From NCBI RefSeq assembly GCF_964194025.1, contig NC_134480.1:25854001-25918000 (forward strand): a DNA stretch of 64,000 nucleotides, read 5' to 3'. The translations under genes and the position numbers were made by a program. This DNA comes from Convolutriloba macropyga. Its lineage: Eukaryota. The notes below the pieces were generated by a model. The model saw nothing but the letters and a program-made list of their open reading frames with translations, had not been told where the DNA came from and did not search any database. Of this stretch, positions 1-13,690 are shown one piece after another; the first letter of the stretch is position 1; the number at the start of each line of letters is the position of its first letter.

Positions 1-166
1 CATCGAGCTATGTTTTCTTAAATGTATTTTTGCTGGCTCTTAATTATTTACAAACAGCGTTCTATTTCAAGGCTATGGTACCGCAATCTGTTGGCTGTAA
101 TCATGGTTTGTGGCAAAAAGTTTGATTATGGCATTTTATTTCATTGAAGAATTCAGCTTATTTCAG

Positions 167-709
167 TTGATGCTGTCAGAGTGGCTGGTTGACGTTCCAG
201 AGGATTTCGAGACCAGTTGTTACGTAATGCCATGTCCGGTGGGAAAGAGAAATCTGGTCACCGCTTCTCAGGTAAGATCATTTTGACATCTACCGTTTGA
301 TATTTCATTGTTACTGGTTACATAAAACCGTATGTTTTGAATGCAGCAGGGTCTGCCTAATTTTCAATCACTATTCTAACAAAAATTTTCCGAACATATC
401 AACTAGGATGAGCAAAGTAAGTTCTCTGTAACTATTTCCTTTTCCGGATGGATGGAGCAGGTCCAATATTTGGAACTTTATTTCTCATTTTTGATTAAAA
501 TGATCATGCATGCATTATTTACTTCTTAATTGGTCTCAAACGAAGTTTGTAGCAATTTTAATACTGCTGCGGTACTTTTTATTCCATATTTGACTGGACC
601 AATTTCTCAAAAACGGGAATAACAGGTAACGCGCTTATGAGTTTGATCCCCCCTCCCTCCCCGCCACTCCTCCGTCCACCCTCTTCCACTTGGCAATTTG
701 GACGCTCCC

Positions 710-758
<49 letters not shown>

Positions 759-3700
759 TCTCACACATACACACACACACACGCAAAACGTCTCACCTAG
801 CCAGTAGTTACAGTAGTAGGCGTCACAGGTAGTTTGAGAGCAAGTCGCCTGATGTTGTTAGTCCGTTTTGTTAACGAATTAAAGCCAGAGTTGCATTTTC
901 CAGGTTTATGTAATCAATGGTTTACTTGTGTTTAGGGTTACTGTACCGCGTGGACTAAATTTGGCGTGAAGGTGCAATACGAGTTCGAATCAGAGCTGCC
1001 CAACGGTAACCGCCGTAACTGCACAAAATATCAAAAATATGGTACACAAATAAACTGGCCACTCCTTGTTACGTTAAGCATTAATCTTTTCACTCTCCCA
1101 ATTATATGTCTAATTATAATAAAGTTCTCTTGATAAAGATAGTGCCGAGTAGATGGAGGCATAGCTAAAATTGATGTTTAATGTGTTTTCAGCCTACACG
1201 ATTCTGGATTGTGTGTACAGTCCTCCCGAAAACAAGTACTACTGTTTGGATCTTCTCTGCTGGAATGGACATCCTTTTCTAGATTGTGAAGTGAGTTATC
1301 ATAATAACTAGTTGATGTTCTCGTCAATTTAGTTTTAATAATAGAGCTCGTGATTAAATTTCTCTTTAATATCCTGTGCATTAACATACATTTTTAATTT
1401 GTCTCAAACGAAGTAGTCGACAATAACATTAGTCCTGTGGTCTTTTTACGACTCGAAAAGGAGTATTGGTGTTCTACAGGTTTGTTTTTGGGGGAAACAA
1501 ATTTGTTCATGACTTGGACTTTTGTCTTTTAATATTGACTTCACTTTCGCTTTTTATTCAATTTTATTCAAATTTTTGCTTGACCAATTCGCGCTTTTCT
1601 TCTGGAATAATTTTTGAATTCTTGAGTGACGTTTTCACGCACTTCTTGATTTTTGAGTGGTTTCAATTGCTCTCACTCCGAAATAGTTTGTTCGAACAAA
1701 ACTGATTGTTAGAGACGCGATGACAAGTCCCTGATAGCCGAGTGGTTAATACCTCCGTCGAGGTGAAGGAATCGGCTGATGTTTTTGCACCCATAACGAA
1801 ACATTTATCGAGGCTACAGCCCCTGAATTATATCGCGCCTGTCATTCGAGAGAAATTTTTCCGATGTTAGTCGGTCTATGTTCTCTAATTGCTCTCAAAC
1901 GATGCTTGTAGTAATTATATTACTCCTGTGGTCTTTTTTATGAGATTTTTCGTCTGTCTTTTTGTCCTCAAAAACGGTATAAACTGGTAGCGCTTTGAGG
2001 GCATTAAGTTCTCTTAGAGACTTTTGGCTTACTAGATTCTAAGAATGCGTATCACCAAATTTGTTTTGAGGAGACAATTTCATGGTGTAAAGGGGGGTTC
2101 TTAATCCTAATTGTTTGACCCACTGAGTCAACCCAATCACCCCCCTAGCGCTATAAAATGTCGGCAAATTAACTTGTCGTTCAAGATTTATATAATATAA
2201 ATGCACGTTTTTAGTACAGGACACTTTATTCAAGGAAAAGGCACATTGAAGTCAGAATTTAAAGCACGATCTTTAGAACTTGACCAATTTAGGTTTTTCT
2301 GTGTTTAGACGGAGTTCCGTTTCTTCTGGTTGCAAACGAAGTTTCAAGAGCACCCTGAAATCACGAAGAAGTCAAAGTTCAACCGGGTAAGGATTTCTTT
2401 CAACTTGTTGACAAATGTGAAAAGCTCTGTTGTTCTAATGAGGTGATTTATGTTTTAGTCTCCATTTGAGGTGTTGCCCTACTTCCCTTGTACCGAGGAA
2501 GGCATCGTGTCAGCTATCAGACATTTTCCTCCTGAAAAGGTGTGTTTCTGCTTTTCTGCTCTTTGAAGCTATTAATTAATTGCTCTCGAATGATGTTTGA
2601 AGCAACTATTGTTGCCGTCTTTTTTATTGACAATTGGGCCAGAGTAGTTCTATTTTTTACTATAGGTTTTTAGTAAGCCTCTTAGTGAAGACCTCGAATG
2701 GAACTCTCGAAAAACAAATCCCCCACTAGTTTTGTGCCGTTCAAGAGCAATTTGAGTGTCGTTCGCTTTAGTCGGATGTTTTGCTTTAGAATTGCTCTTT
2801 TGCCGATTGACTGAATTGAGGTTATATATTGAGGATAAATTCCTGTTCACACATAACTATGTATACTTATCAAAGTCTAAGAACATGCCTTTCAAACATG
2901 AATTTGTCTCTGAAACAATTTCGGTGAATCGCATACTTAAAGAATAGTAAGGCTCTAAAAGAACCTAATACCCTCCGGAAACGCACCAGTTATGTGTGAA
3001 CAGGAATTTGTTTTCTCGTTAGAGGTTTTCCTAATCGTTTGCGGCATTTTGACTTCTAATTCTGCTGTTTCTGATCGGGTTTTTCCGTTGCTCAAAGATT
3101 CAGTTTTGTAGCAATTATGTTAGTCCTGCTGTTTTTTTTTTCAATACAATTTTTCGTAGTACCGAATTTTTGTCTTATCCTTTTCTTTGTCGGAGTGTGG
3201 TTCCGGGGGTATTAAGTTCTCTTAGAGCCCTACCAGTCTCTAACTATGCGATTTACCGAAGTTGTTTAAGAGACATAAAGTCATGGTCCAAAGGGCGGTT
3301 CTTAGGGTTTGATAGTTATAATGAGAATTTGTCTGAAAAGGAATTCGTTTTCTCTATGGTGGTTTTTGATAGCCGCCTCAGCGCATCTATTTTTTTACAA
3401 TTCATAGAATTTGAATTGTATTAGGGCGCTAACTTTTTTTAAGATCTGTTCACACATTTTCATGATTTTTGAAGTCAAATTGGAGTTGTGATTTTGGTCA
3501 CGCCGAAACAGGAAGTTGAGAGAAAAAGCAAGTGGTTTTGCGGGGTGAATTTTTTAGGCTCTAATTTTTAAGCAGAGTGAGAAAACGGTGTTTGAACAAA
3601 AATTCGCTTTCTCGTTGGTGGTTTTTTGTTCACATGCGGCAATTTCACTTTGATTTTTTGCTGTTTTTTCTGAAGGGTTTTCTCAATACGTTTGTAGTTC

Positions 3701-6700
3701 ATTCTAGGCCTAGTTTTTTGTTTGAACCAAAATTTCCATTTTTCGCATTTTGTGTTCACATGCGGCATTTTGACATTGTTTTTCTGTTTTTTTTTAAATT
3801 TTTGATGTTATATTTTGGAAATGGTTTTCCCAATTCACTCGTAGTCCGTTCTAGGTCTAGTTTTTTGTTTAGTCAATGAAATTTTTTTGAATTGTACGTC
3901 AAGAATTGTCCTGCTATGTTTTTTATTTCGTCGAATAAAATTTTTTGCTTTACCTTAGTTCACAGCTTGTTCAACATTTTGCGTGAAATCTTTGACTTTT
4001 CTAGGCTAGTTTCACTCTTCTCTCATTCTGCTAAAAGTGCTTTTAGACATCAGTTGCGCTGCGAATCCATTCAAAATGAAGAGTCAGTATCAAGAAACGA
4101 AATCAGAAATAGAAACGGGATAAACGCATAGATAGAGCCCAGTTTTAGATGCCCATTTCTCAAACTTGGTTCTTCGAAGTCCTAGTTACCATTTCTAATG
4201 CTTATTCGTTTTGATACTAGCTCCTGTATCGGCTCACTATGAAACAGGAGTATGTTCAATTACAAAATGACATCAAAATAGTTCGCACTTTAAAATTGTT
4301 TGTCTACAAAAATCATTTTTTTCCATATTTTCTCTTTCCATCGCAATGAATTGTGTTGATCGCTTTTAATTGCTCTTGAACGAAATTCATAGCAATTATT
4401 GTAAACGTGTTGGTCTTTTTATGCAAATTTTCACGCTTGCGTTTTTTTCACGCTTTTCTTCATTTTTGAGTGATCTCTATTGCTCTCACTCCGAAGTAAA
4501 GCTTGTTGCTAATATAAAATCGGTTGCAGCGTAGCACAGTAAGGGACAAATAGCGAAGTCGGAAGTGCATAAGGTTATGAAGCGGGAGGTCAATGGTTCG
4601 AATCCCTTTGGGGTCAAAATTTTTGCACCCGCCTGTCGTTCGAGAGCAATTCTTCCGACATTTGTCGGTTTGTTTTTAATTGCTCGCAACTCTATTAGTC
4701 CTGCTGTTCTTTTTCAATTCAGTTTTTCGGGGTACTGACTTTTCGTTTATCGCTTTTCTGTTGTTTGATTCCGGAGGTTGTTAAGTTCTCTGAGAGCTTT
4801 AATAGTCTCAAAGCATGCGATTCAGCGAAATTGTATTAGAGGCATAATTTCACGGTGTCAAGGGTGGTTCTTTAAGAGTTGGATGCGTATGCTGAGAAGT
4901 GGTATTTCCAGGAGATTGCGTTTTCTCGATAGTGGTTTGCTTGATCGCGTGTGGCATTTTGACTTCTAATTTTGATATGGTTTGACCGTTTTTGATATGG
5001 TTTTTCAGTTGATCGCAAATAAATTTAGCAATTGTGTTTTTCCGGCTGTCCGTTTTTAATGTGCAATTTTTGTACTACTGAATTTTTGTCTCATGTTTGT
5101 TTTTTGCAATGTGTTTCCGAGGGTATCAAGTTCTCTTCGGGCCTTGCTATTCTCTTAGTTTGCGATTCACCGAAAAAGTTTGAGACATTATTTCATGGAA
5201 GGTTTTTAGAGATTAACGCGCTCAGAAGTCAAATTATAGTTGTGATTTTAGTCAAGCTGGAGTAGTAAACGGAGCGAAATGGCTATCAGGTTCTAAGCGT
5301 GACTACTTTTAAACTTGAGTGAGAATCTGGTGTTCGAACAAATTTCCGGTGTTTGTGGCTATACTTTTTTTCATATCCGACAGTTTGACTTCTGTTTTCA
5401 GTCTTTTCTCTCCTAAGAGCTATTAAAAAGTTACACGTGTGTTCTAATAGTGTTATTTGCCATTGCATGATTCACGGAACTGACAGCCAATTGCTTCTGT
5501 TTTTAAAAGCCGCCCTCATCTTCTCAGCCGGCTATCATAGCGCTCCTATTTTTACATTTCAAAGAATTTGAATTGTATTGGGGCGCTGTCTTTTTTTTTA
5601 AGATCTGTTCACACATTTTCATGATTTTCGAAGTCAAATTGGAGTTGTGATTTTGGTCACGCCGAAACAGGAAGTTGAGCGAAAAAGCAAGTGGTTTTGC
5701 GGGGTGAATTTTTTAGGCTCTAATTTTTAAGTAGAGTGAGAAAACGGTGTTTGAACAAAAAATCGGTTTCTCGCTAGTGGTTTTTTGTTCACATGCGGCA
5801 ATTTCACTCTGATTTTTACTGTTTTTTTTCAATTTTTTGGATCGGATTTTTTTCGTAAATGGTTTTCCCAATCAATTCATAGTCCGTTCTAGGTCTAGTT
5901 TTCTGTTTAGTCAATGAAAATTCTTTGAATTGTACGTCAGGACTTGTCCTGCTATGTTTTTTTTGTCGAACAAAAAAATGTTTCGCTTTACCTCATTTTG
6001 CAGCTTTTTCAACATTTTGCGTGAAATCTTTTTGACTTTTTTTTGACTTTTGAACATCAGTTGCTCAGTTTTTTTTGACTTTTGAACATCAGTTGCTCAG
6101 CAAAGCAATTCAAAATGAACAGTCAGTATAAAAAATTGAAACGGGATAAAGAACGTGATAAACCCATAAAGCCCAATTTTAGATGGCCGCTATTTGAACG
6201 TCGGTCCTATAAGTATTAGTTACCTCTCTCTAATGCTGATTGTTATTGATAGTAGCCCCTGTAGCCTCTCTCTAAGAAACAGAAGTATGTTCAACTACGA
6301 AATGCCATCAAAATAAATCGGACTTAAAAAAATGTTTTTGTACGAAAATCTTTTTTTTCAATATCTTCTGTTATTTCAATCCCAGTCATGCTTATTGGAA
6401 TCAACGGCGGCTATTTTCCGGCAATCTGCAGGGTATGTTTAAATAACTGTCATCAGAGGCAGCGCAACGGTTGCTATTGAGGCATAAGTGAAATAAATGT
6501 ATCGTTTCAGTGCATAGCAAAATGTTTCTTTGACTATAGTTTCTCAGATTTTTGTCAAAAATAAAAGCAGTTTTTAATTTTTTTGAAACCTGGTTTTTGT
6601 GATCTTCATTTTGTCCTATCAGTCAGTCTCATTTAGGGCAGGTCTCATCTGTGCCTAATCGGCCATTATTTAGCCCAATTAATGGCTCCAGTTTTTAGTT

Positions 6701-9700
6701 AGTGGCTTTTATATCTTAACTGTAGGACCCTGTTTGACTGTAGAAAATATTTGAGTTTTTCCCGTATTTGTTGTGCTTTTTGTTGTCTTGTTTATTGGTC
6801 TCGAACGAAGTTTGTAGCAATTACATTGATCCAGGGGTATTGTAGTGCATTTTTTGATCAATTTTTTTTAAATGAGTTTTAAAATGAGTTTTTTTAAATG
6901 AATTTTTTAAATGAGAATTTTAAATCAATAAACGGGAACCCCTCCCAAATTTGAACCCCGAGTGAATCGCATGACCTTAGCCGGTTATGTCTATCTAATT
7001 CCATTAACGACACGTCTTACCGGTTGCTACTAAGGCATAAAGCTTGATTTCATAAAAGTGGTTTTCATGACCTTGACACTGTTATTTTAGAGAATATTGA
7101 TAGATTTTTGAGCTTTTGTTAATTATCTTGTGGTCTAGTCGCTAACAGCTCTTATTATCCTTCAGGTCCGATTTTTTTTGCAATTTTATTTTAAGCTTAA
7201 TTTTAGCTATTGTTTTTAGCTTTTTATTTTGATGGCTCAGATACCAATAGTTTTTGATTCGTTTAGTGAATTTCTGAATCTTGCCTTTATTTGATGTTTT
7301 GTCCTTTTGATTCCTTATGGAAGTTGAAAAGTTTCTAAATCTCAACTTTTAAGCTACGCTGTGCCTAATAGTTTTGTTCTATAGTTGAGTTTTTGATGAG
7401 CGTAGCTATATTGGGGTGGTATTGGTTTTTGTTTTTGTTTCGTTGTGTGACGCTCTTTTATGTTTTTTTTTCTCGCCGCAAACTTGTGTAATTGTGTTGA
7501 TCTTTTCATACCTCTATTGCTCTTTTTTGCTACTTTTGTATGTGACTTCATTTCGGAAACTAATTTAGGTTGAAAAAATTTTTAGTTTGAAAACATTTGT
7601 CTTTGAAAAGATTGGTAACTGCATCAAGTCATTTTTGTATCTGTTTCTATCTATTTTACATCACTTAAATCTGTTTCGAAGCTATTTCGGCAATCAGCTG
7701 GCTTTGCTTGAATTGTTTTCAGATTTTTTTTTATTTGTGCATCTTTTTAATTGCTCTTGAACGAAGTTCATAGCAATTATTGTAAACGTGTTGGTCTTTT
7801 TATGCAAGTTTTTTGCTTGACCATTTTGCGCTTTTCTTCTAGAACATTCTTTGACTTCTCAAGTGTTTTTTTAATGCTTTCGTTCTTCATTTTTGAGTGA
7901 TCTTTATTGCTCTCACTCCGAAGAAAAGCTTGTTACTAATATAAACTCGGTTGCAGCATCGCAGAAATAATGGTCAAATGGCACAGTCGGAAGTGCATAT
8001 GGTTAAGAAGCGGGAGGTCAATGGTGCGAATCCCGGTGGTTAAAATCTTTTTGCACCCGCCTATCGTTCGAGAGCTATTCTTCCGACATTAGTCGGTTTA
8101 TGTTTCAATTTTCTAGCTTAGTTTCATTCTTTGCTTATTCTGGAAGTGCTTTTAAACAGCAGTTGTCAGTATCGAACAACAAAATCAAAAATATAAACGG
8201 AGCAAATCAATGTGTACCAGTTTTAGATACCTGTATTTAAAGTCAAATTTGGTCTTTATTGGTATTTATTGGTGTTGATACCAATCCCTGTAGCCTCTCA
8301 TTTGGAAACAGGATTGTGTCTACCTATGCAGTCCGATCAAAGTGGCTTGTATTTTCAAAATATTTTTTTTTGTACTGAAATCAATTTGTTTTCTGCCCTT
8401 TCAATCCGAACCTGGGTTGCAGGAATAAATGGCAACTGTTTTCCGGCGATCTGCCGGGTATGCTTACTTTTTTTCGAACAAATTGTAAGACATGTTGGTG
8501 CAAAATCTTTGCGTGAACTTTCTGTTCTAGATTTGTTTTCACTGCGAGATTTTACTTTTTCACTTGTTTGCTCGATCTAAATTTCTCTTATTCAGAATTC
8601 GTCCCATTAGCCACCGCCGGCATTCAAGTTATACGCTAATTCAATGCCTCCTCCCTGGATGAAACTGGCTAGAGCGAACTGAATTGAGGTCCTATCTGTC
8701 GTTCAAGATGAATTCGACCGAATTTAGTCAGTTTGTTTTCTAAATAGTTTTCAAATGTCATTCCTAGTAATTACATGGTCTATTTTTTGATCGGTCCATA
8801 AAAATTCTGTATTGCAGTTCAGGATTCAATCATTGTAAACGTGTGTCTTTACTAGAACATTCTTCCGATATCATTTCTCTGCTGACTTTTTGATAATTTT
8901 GTTGATTGGAATTGCGCTTATTCACAAATTATGCCAGTTGCTAAACTAAAGCTTAAGCTTAATATCCCGACTCTCATCCTAGAGGGCGCGGGTTCGAACC
9001 TCTCCCTATTTGGAAGTTTTGCACCATAAAAGTTTCTGTAACCTATGCGTCCTTTAGCCGAGCAATTTGTCCGAACTTAGTCGGTCTATGTTTTAATTAA
9101 TAGCTTTCCCCTAGTCTTCTCAGCAGGCTATTATTGCGCTCCTATGTTTTACTTCGTCGAATAAAAATTTGTTGCGTTTTACCGCTTTGTCGCTAATGCT
9201 TATTGGTATTGATACTAGCCCCTCTCAATCCGGGTAATGGGAATCAATTGCGGATATTTTCCGGCAATCTGTCGGGTGTTTTGTTGTTGCAGATTATGCT
9301 GAAGTGAATTTTTGAATGGCATAAGGTCAAAGAAACTCATTTGTAAAAATGGTGCCTGTTAAAAAGGCTGCTTTGGAATGGCTACTTCTTAATTGCTTTT
9401 TATGCAATTTTTCGATGGAGCGATTTTTGTCGGACGCTTTTATCTTTTTGTCCTCAAAAACGGTATAAACAGTTAAATCCTTGAGAGCTCCACGGGTATC
9501 TAAAGTTGCAATTCGCCGAAGACAAAATCATGGTTCAAAGACATTTTTGGCGGTCTTCACCCTCTCCCCACTTTGCAATCCACCTCCCGCTCCAAACCCT
9601 CCTAATGCGCCTTCTACTGGTAGCCTCCCTAATCCCAAGCAGGTTGCTACTGAGCCAACTGCTTGCCTATCGTTTAGAGTGATTCGCTTGACGTTAGTCG

Positions 9701-10983
9701 CTTTTGTTTGAGTTCTTAATTGCACCCAAACAAAGTTTGTAGCAATCATATTATTCCTGTAGTCTTTTTAATGCAATTTTTTGCTTGACCGATTTTTTGT
9801 CTGACCCTTTTTACTTTTGGTCCTCAAAATGAGGATAAACAGGCGACGCCCTGAAGGCAAGTTTGTTTACTGCTCACTAAGTCTCGCCTGTCGTTTGATG
9901 CTCGCCTGATCCTTCTTATACGACACGCAAGTCTGTGAGCTATGTTTTAGTTCAATTTTGAGTTTTGCTCTATCATTTGGGCGATTGTTTTATTGTAATA
10001 GTTTTATAATAACTATTTTTGAGTTGTTTGTGCTGTACAAATGAAGATAGTTAAATCATTGTTAGTTGTGAGATAATCTCTGTCCTGCAAAGGTTAAAAA
10101 GAAAAATTGTAAATCACACATCTCGGAAGATTTATTTCCGCTACTATTAATAATTTGGGATCTTTTCCATTTGTGCACCCCCAGTACGTTATGCACCCCC
10201 CAGTTAGAGCACGTGCCATTACATAGTAAATCATTATGCAAAAATATGGCTTGTGCGTTTGGGGGGGTGCAAATAATATGCACCCACTAAGCTGGGGGCA
10301 CAAACGGAAAAGATCCATAAATTGAAAGCAAAGTTCTTAAGAGAGGTAGTTCTGAATTACTCAAGCTTCGCTGTCCCAAAATCGGGGGAAAATTTGCCGA
10401 AGCTGAATGAGCGGATGGAAAATGATAGAAAGTTTGGTTTTAGCTGGACGGGCTGTGGTTTTTCCACAGACAGACTCACTACCACCTGGGAGTGACACCA
10501 CTTGTGGGATGGCTGAAACCGCACATGGTGTCAACAGTCCTAAGTGTCCAAGTGCCACTAGAATACTCGGAGGAACAGGCCCAGCTGAACAAACAGAAAT
10601 TGAAACAGAAGAAAAAGGTTGTTCATGAAAGTACGGATTCTGAGAATATTAACGATAAACAAAGCGAGCTGGACGCGAAAGAGAACAAGTGGTTTGCAAA
10701 AGCTAACACGTCATCAAGTTTTACCACGACGGGTTTCAATTCAACAAAAGCGTATAGTAAAAACTTCAATTCTTGGAGTGATCATTCGAAGAAATTAGAG
10801 AACAAGGATGAGATTGATGATGATTTCGACATGGTTGGTGCTAGTAGTGTGCGAATGCATGTCGAGAAAAAAGACTTTGATGAAATGATGTCAGGCTACC
10901 TACAAAAAACGAACAGTTCGAAGGGAGTGAAAGATTTTGACATGAACTCTAATCAAACAACTGACTTTTCGAGTGATTGGTAG
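167..10983 (+). CDS. SNUPN: Snurportin-1 (m3G-cap snRNP import adaptor), 5'-partial, six exons in window
   Basis: Exons 167-271, 936-1041, 1193-1290, 2309-2386, 2459-2539 and 10444-10983 are joined by GT-AG introns with consistent phases. Spliced peptide [49 protein letters not shown]|TEFRFFW..FPCT..|[26 protein letters not shown] matches the snurportin-1 cap-binding domain as I recall it. The N-terminal IBB exon(s) lie upstream of the window. Confidence 0.93.
713..782. repeat. (CT)n then (CA)n compound microsatellite
   Basis: Directly visible in the first snurportin intron of the window. Confidence 0.95.
4545..4624 (+). repeat. tRNA-derived (SINE-head-like) cassette, copy 1
   Basis: A-box-like TAGCGAAGTCGG, B box GGTTCGAATCCC (4595-4606), then a T run; stems are degenerate. 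Confidence 0.6.
7972..8052 (+). repeat. tRNA-derived cassette, copy 2
   Basis: Paralog of 4545-4624: TGGCACAGTCGG...GGTGCGAATCCC...TTTTT. Confidence 0.55.
10158..10316. mobile_element. MITE with about 27-bp terminal inverted repeats
   Basis: GGATCTTTTCCATTTGTGCACCCCCAG ... CTGGGGGCACAAACGGAAAAGATCC. A diverged internal copy lies at about 11412-11500. TSD not clear. Confidence 0.8.
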
Positions 10984-13690
10984 ATTGATATTGTTTTTAC
11001 ATTAATCTTGTTTCTCAAAAATGTTCCATAAATTCAATTAAATCCACAGGTTCTTTAGCAGTATCAAAAACTTGAGACCCTAAATTTGAAAAGATAGAAT
11101 ATTGTTAATCACAGATACGTGGCCTCAGTTTGGTTAGAGCATGTAATCATGCTCCTGTTAAATGTTTTTCATTCAACGACAGGAAAAATTTTGCATTTGG
11201 GGAGTTGTGGAGCATTTTGAAATTTTTAATTGCTCTCCAATGCGAAGCAATTATTGTAAAGGTGTCTTTTTTATGCATGCAAATTTTTCGCTTGACCGTT
11301 TTGCGCTTTTCTTCTAGAATAATCCCTGACTTCTCAAGTGACTTTTTCACGCACTTCTTGATTTTTGAGTGATTTCAATTGCTCACTCCGAAATCAAGTT
11401 TGTTGTTCAAGTTATGCTCCCCCATTTACAGAGCACGACGTTACATAGTTAATCATTCTGTAAACATATGGAACGTGCGTCTGGGGGAGCATGGAACGTG
11501 CGCTCTTATGAATTAGCCAGATACTGACAGATTGCACAACACGAACGTCTTTTCTGAATCTAATTGGGTAACTTTCAATAATTCTATCTTTTTTGGCGTA
11601 TCACGTTGACCAGAGGGATATGCTGGGTCGCAAGGAATATGAACGGTCAGAAGAGAAAAAAATGTAATTTCAGTTATCAGCATCCGATAGAAATGGTGTT
11701 TTCAGCACGTTGAATCAATAAAATTGGACTTATGTTTTTGAACAGGAAACCGAGTAGGAAGAAACAAAATCCTGGCCTAGCTTTGATGGCCTATTATTTG
11801 TAACGATTAAAAGCTGTGTTCAGTATTAAAACCAGTTCTTCACTCACCAAACTGCAAGGTAGATCAAGATCAGTTTGACTTCATCAAAGCTCTATTTCAA
11901 CAAATTCTTAAAAAAAGTTGCGACCCTTAAAACTTTTGACTACATTGAATTTGATAAGTATATAAATCCTCAATTTTGCCATGTGAAGCACTTCCAAGTT
12001 TAGATTTGTTTTCTGTGAACTCACATCTTTCTAATAAATTAAAGTTTTCGATGACAAAATTACAAATCGGCCTTCGTCGTTCCACCATTTTCGGTGTAAT
12101 TGTACGTATTCTTTTCCTTATTTTTTGTCTGCTCGTTCTGACTTTTGAGCTAGAACTTCAAAAACTTAGTTGTTCAAAAACGAAACAATGTGGTGTAACT
12201 CGAGGGGCCATAAGTTTCTGAACAGCTCTCCTGCTGCTTAAACAGGTTGTTAAGCGTACAGTTCACCGAAGATGTCGAGCATGTAAACTTGAGGCGTGAA
12301 GGGACTTTTGTATTGATAGGTCAATCTTTGAGCTAGCTACAGCCAAAAAGGCCATTTTCTCGCTGTCGTAACAAAAACAGTAAGGAAGGAATTCAAACAA
12401 AACGTTGTTTCCGCCTTTTTGGATTTACTTCACTATGGGGAGATTTAGTCAGGATTCAGATTTTCTAATCCATTCCCATTCATAATAATTTCCATTCATA
12501 ACACCAATAGTATCTACATTTGATATTGCTTTTGCCTCAAAAATTTATCTCTTTCAGGGATGTCTTCGGAATGATCAGAAGTGTTCACCAGGAAAGATTG
12601 TAGGAGAATAAAGCGGCTTTGTTATACGTAGCTGCAAAAACAGAAAACTTTCCTTGCAACGCTTTTGCCTCGTCTCTCTAGCGCAAATTAAAACTTTAAT
12701 ACATAGATCTTGCATTAAAATTGCGTGATACGATCTTCCAGAAATAGTTTGGACTCAGAATATTCTTTCCAACAAGTATATTATTTGAGAGAGGGAAATC
12801 TGAGAAGATTAGGTTATACCCAATTGGTAAAAGACCTTGATTAATAAAATTAGAGACATAATCTGAACCGGAGGGATTCCATTTGCTCTATGGTTCAGTA
12901 CTGAAATTACAAAAATTTTAAACAAAACAGATTCAAATCTCAATTTTGTCTCAATAGGCAAACTCGTCGGGTATAAAATCTTTCCAAAATAAATTTCTAC
13001 AATATGTTTATTGTGAGAGACCCAAAAACGTTCATCTAAACGAAATTACTGATATGCCAAAAAATTATTATTCCTGGTGCAAAATAATGTGCAAATCTAA
13101 GATTTCTGTTTTTTGTTGTTATCGATGTCGAGTGTTTCATCACTTTTTTTTCTCCATCATGCAGTTGTTTCATTATTGTGAGCTTAAACTAATATCAATT
13201 GATATTGAAGATGTTAGATATATAAGTTCAGACCTAGTGTTCCAAAATTATAATTAGAAAATGGGGAGAATGTATTCCAGGATGTGTGTTTTTTTCTATA
13301 ATTTCAAATCTATTTTTTTCACGCTGTTGAAAATATAATAGTTCATTTATAAAAAAGGATTTTGATCTGAAACACGAATACAGCTTGCCTCCAACAACCC
13401 ACAACACTCTACTACCTTTACCGGATAATCAGAACAAAAAAAACAATTAAGGAACTACTTTCCCATTTTGAAGATTTTAATGTCAAGTTTTTTTTTCTAA
13501 TTTTTCATTTTTGTAATCTTTCAATTTTTTAAATTTTGCTACAAGCGAAATTTAAAATGTTGCTGCTTGATTAGTATGTTCAAAAACTGTTTTGTCAACT
13601 TTTGAAACAAAGACACCGTTAAAGCTCCTTGCAAACATCGATTGAATTTGGCAAGGTTTTTTGTTATGCGTATGTGTCATCGAAAAACCC

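Larger units (their letters stand above)
528..11400 (+). repeat. Locally amplified modular repeat family in snurportin introns and 3' flank
   Basis: Motif AATTGCTCTCAAACGAAGTTTGTAGCAATT or variants near 528, 1395, 1887, 2578, 3087, 4368, 6793, 7748, 9718 and 11227. Companion motif TCGTTCGAGAGCAATT..CCGAC..AGTCGG near 1838, 4631, 8058, 8695, 9058 and 9666. Longer duplicated blocks about 3370-4440 vs 5525-6420, and 4370-4690 vs 7745-8100. Confidence 0.85.

Noticed and set aside
579-782. ERERER/VCVC ORF
   Set aside because: Translation of a microsatellite.
4545-4624. Functional tRNA gene
   Set aside because: Acceptor and anticodon stems do not pair properly; treated as a tRNA-derived repeat.
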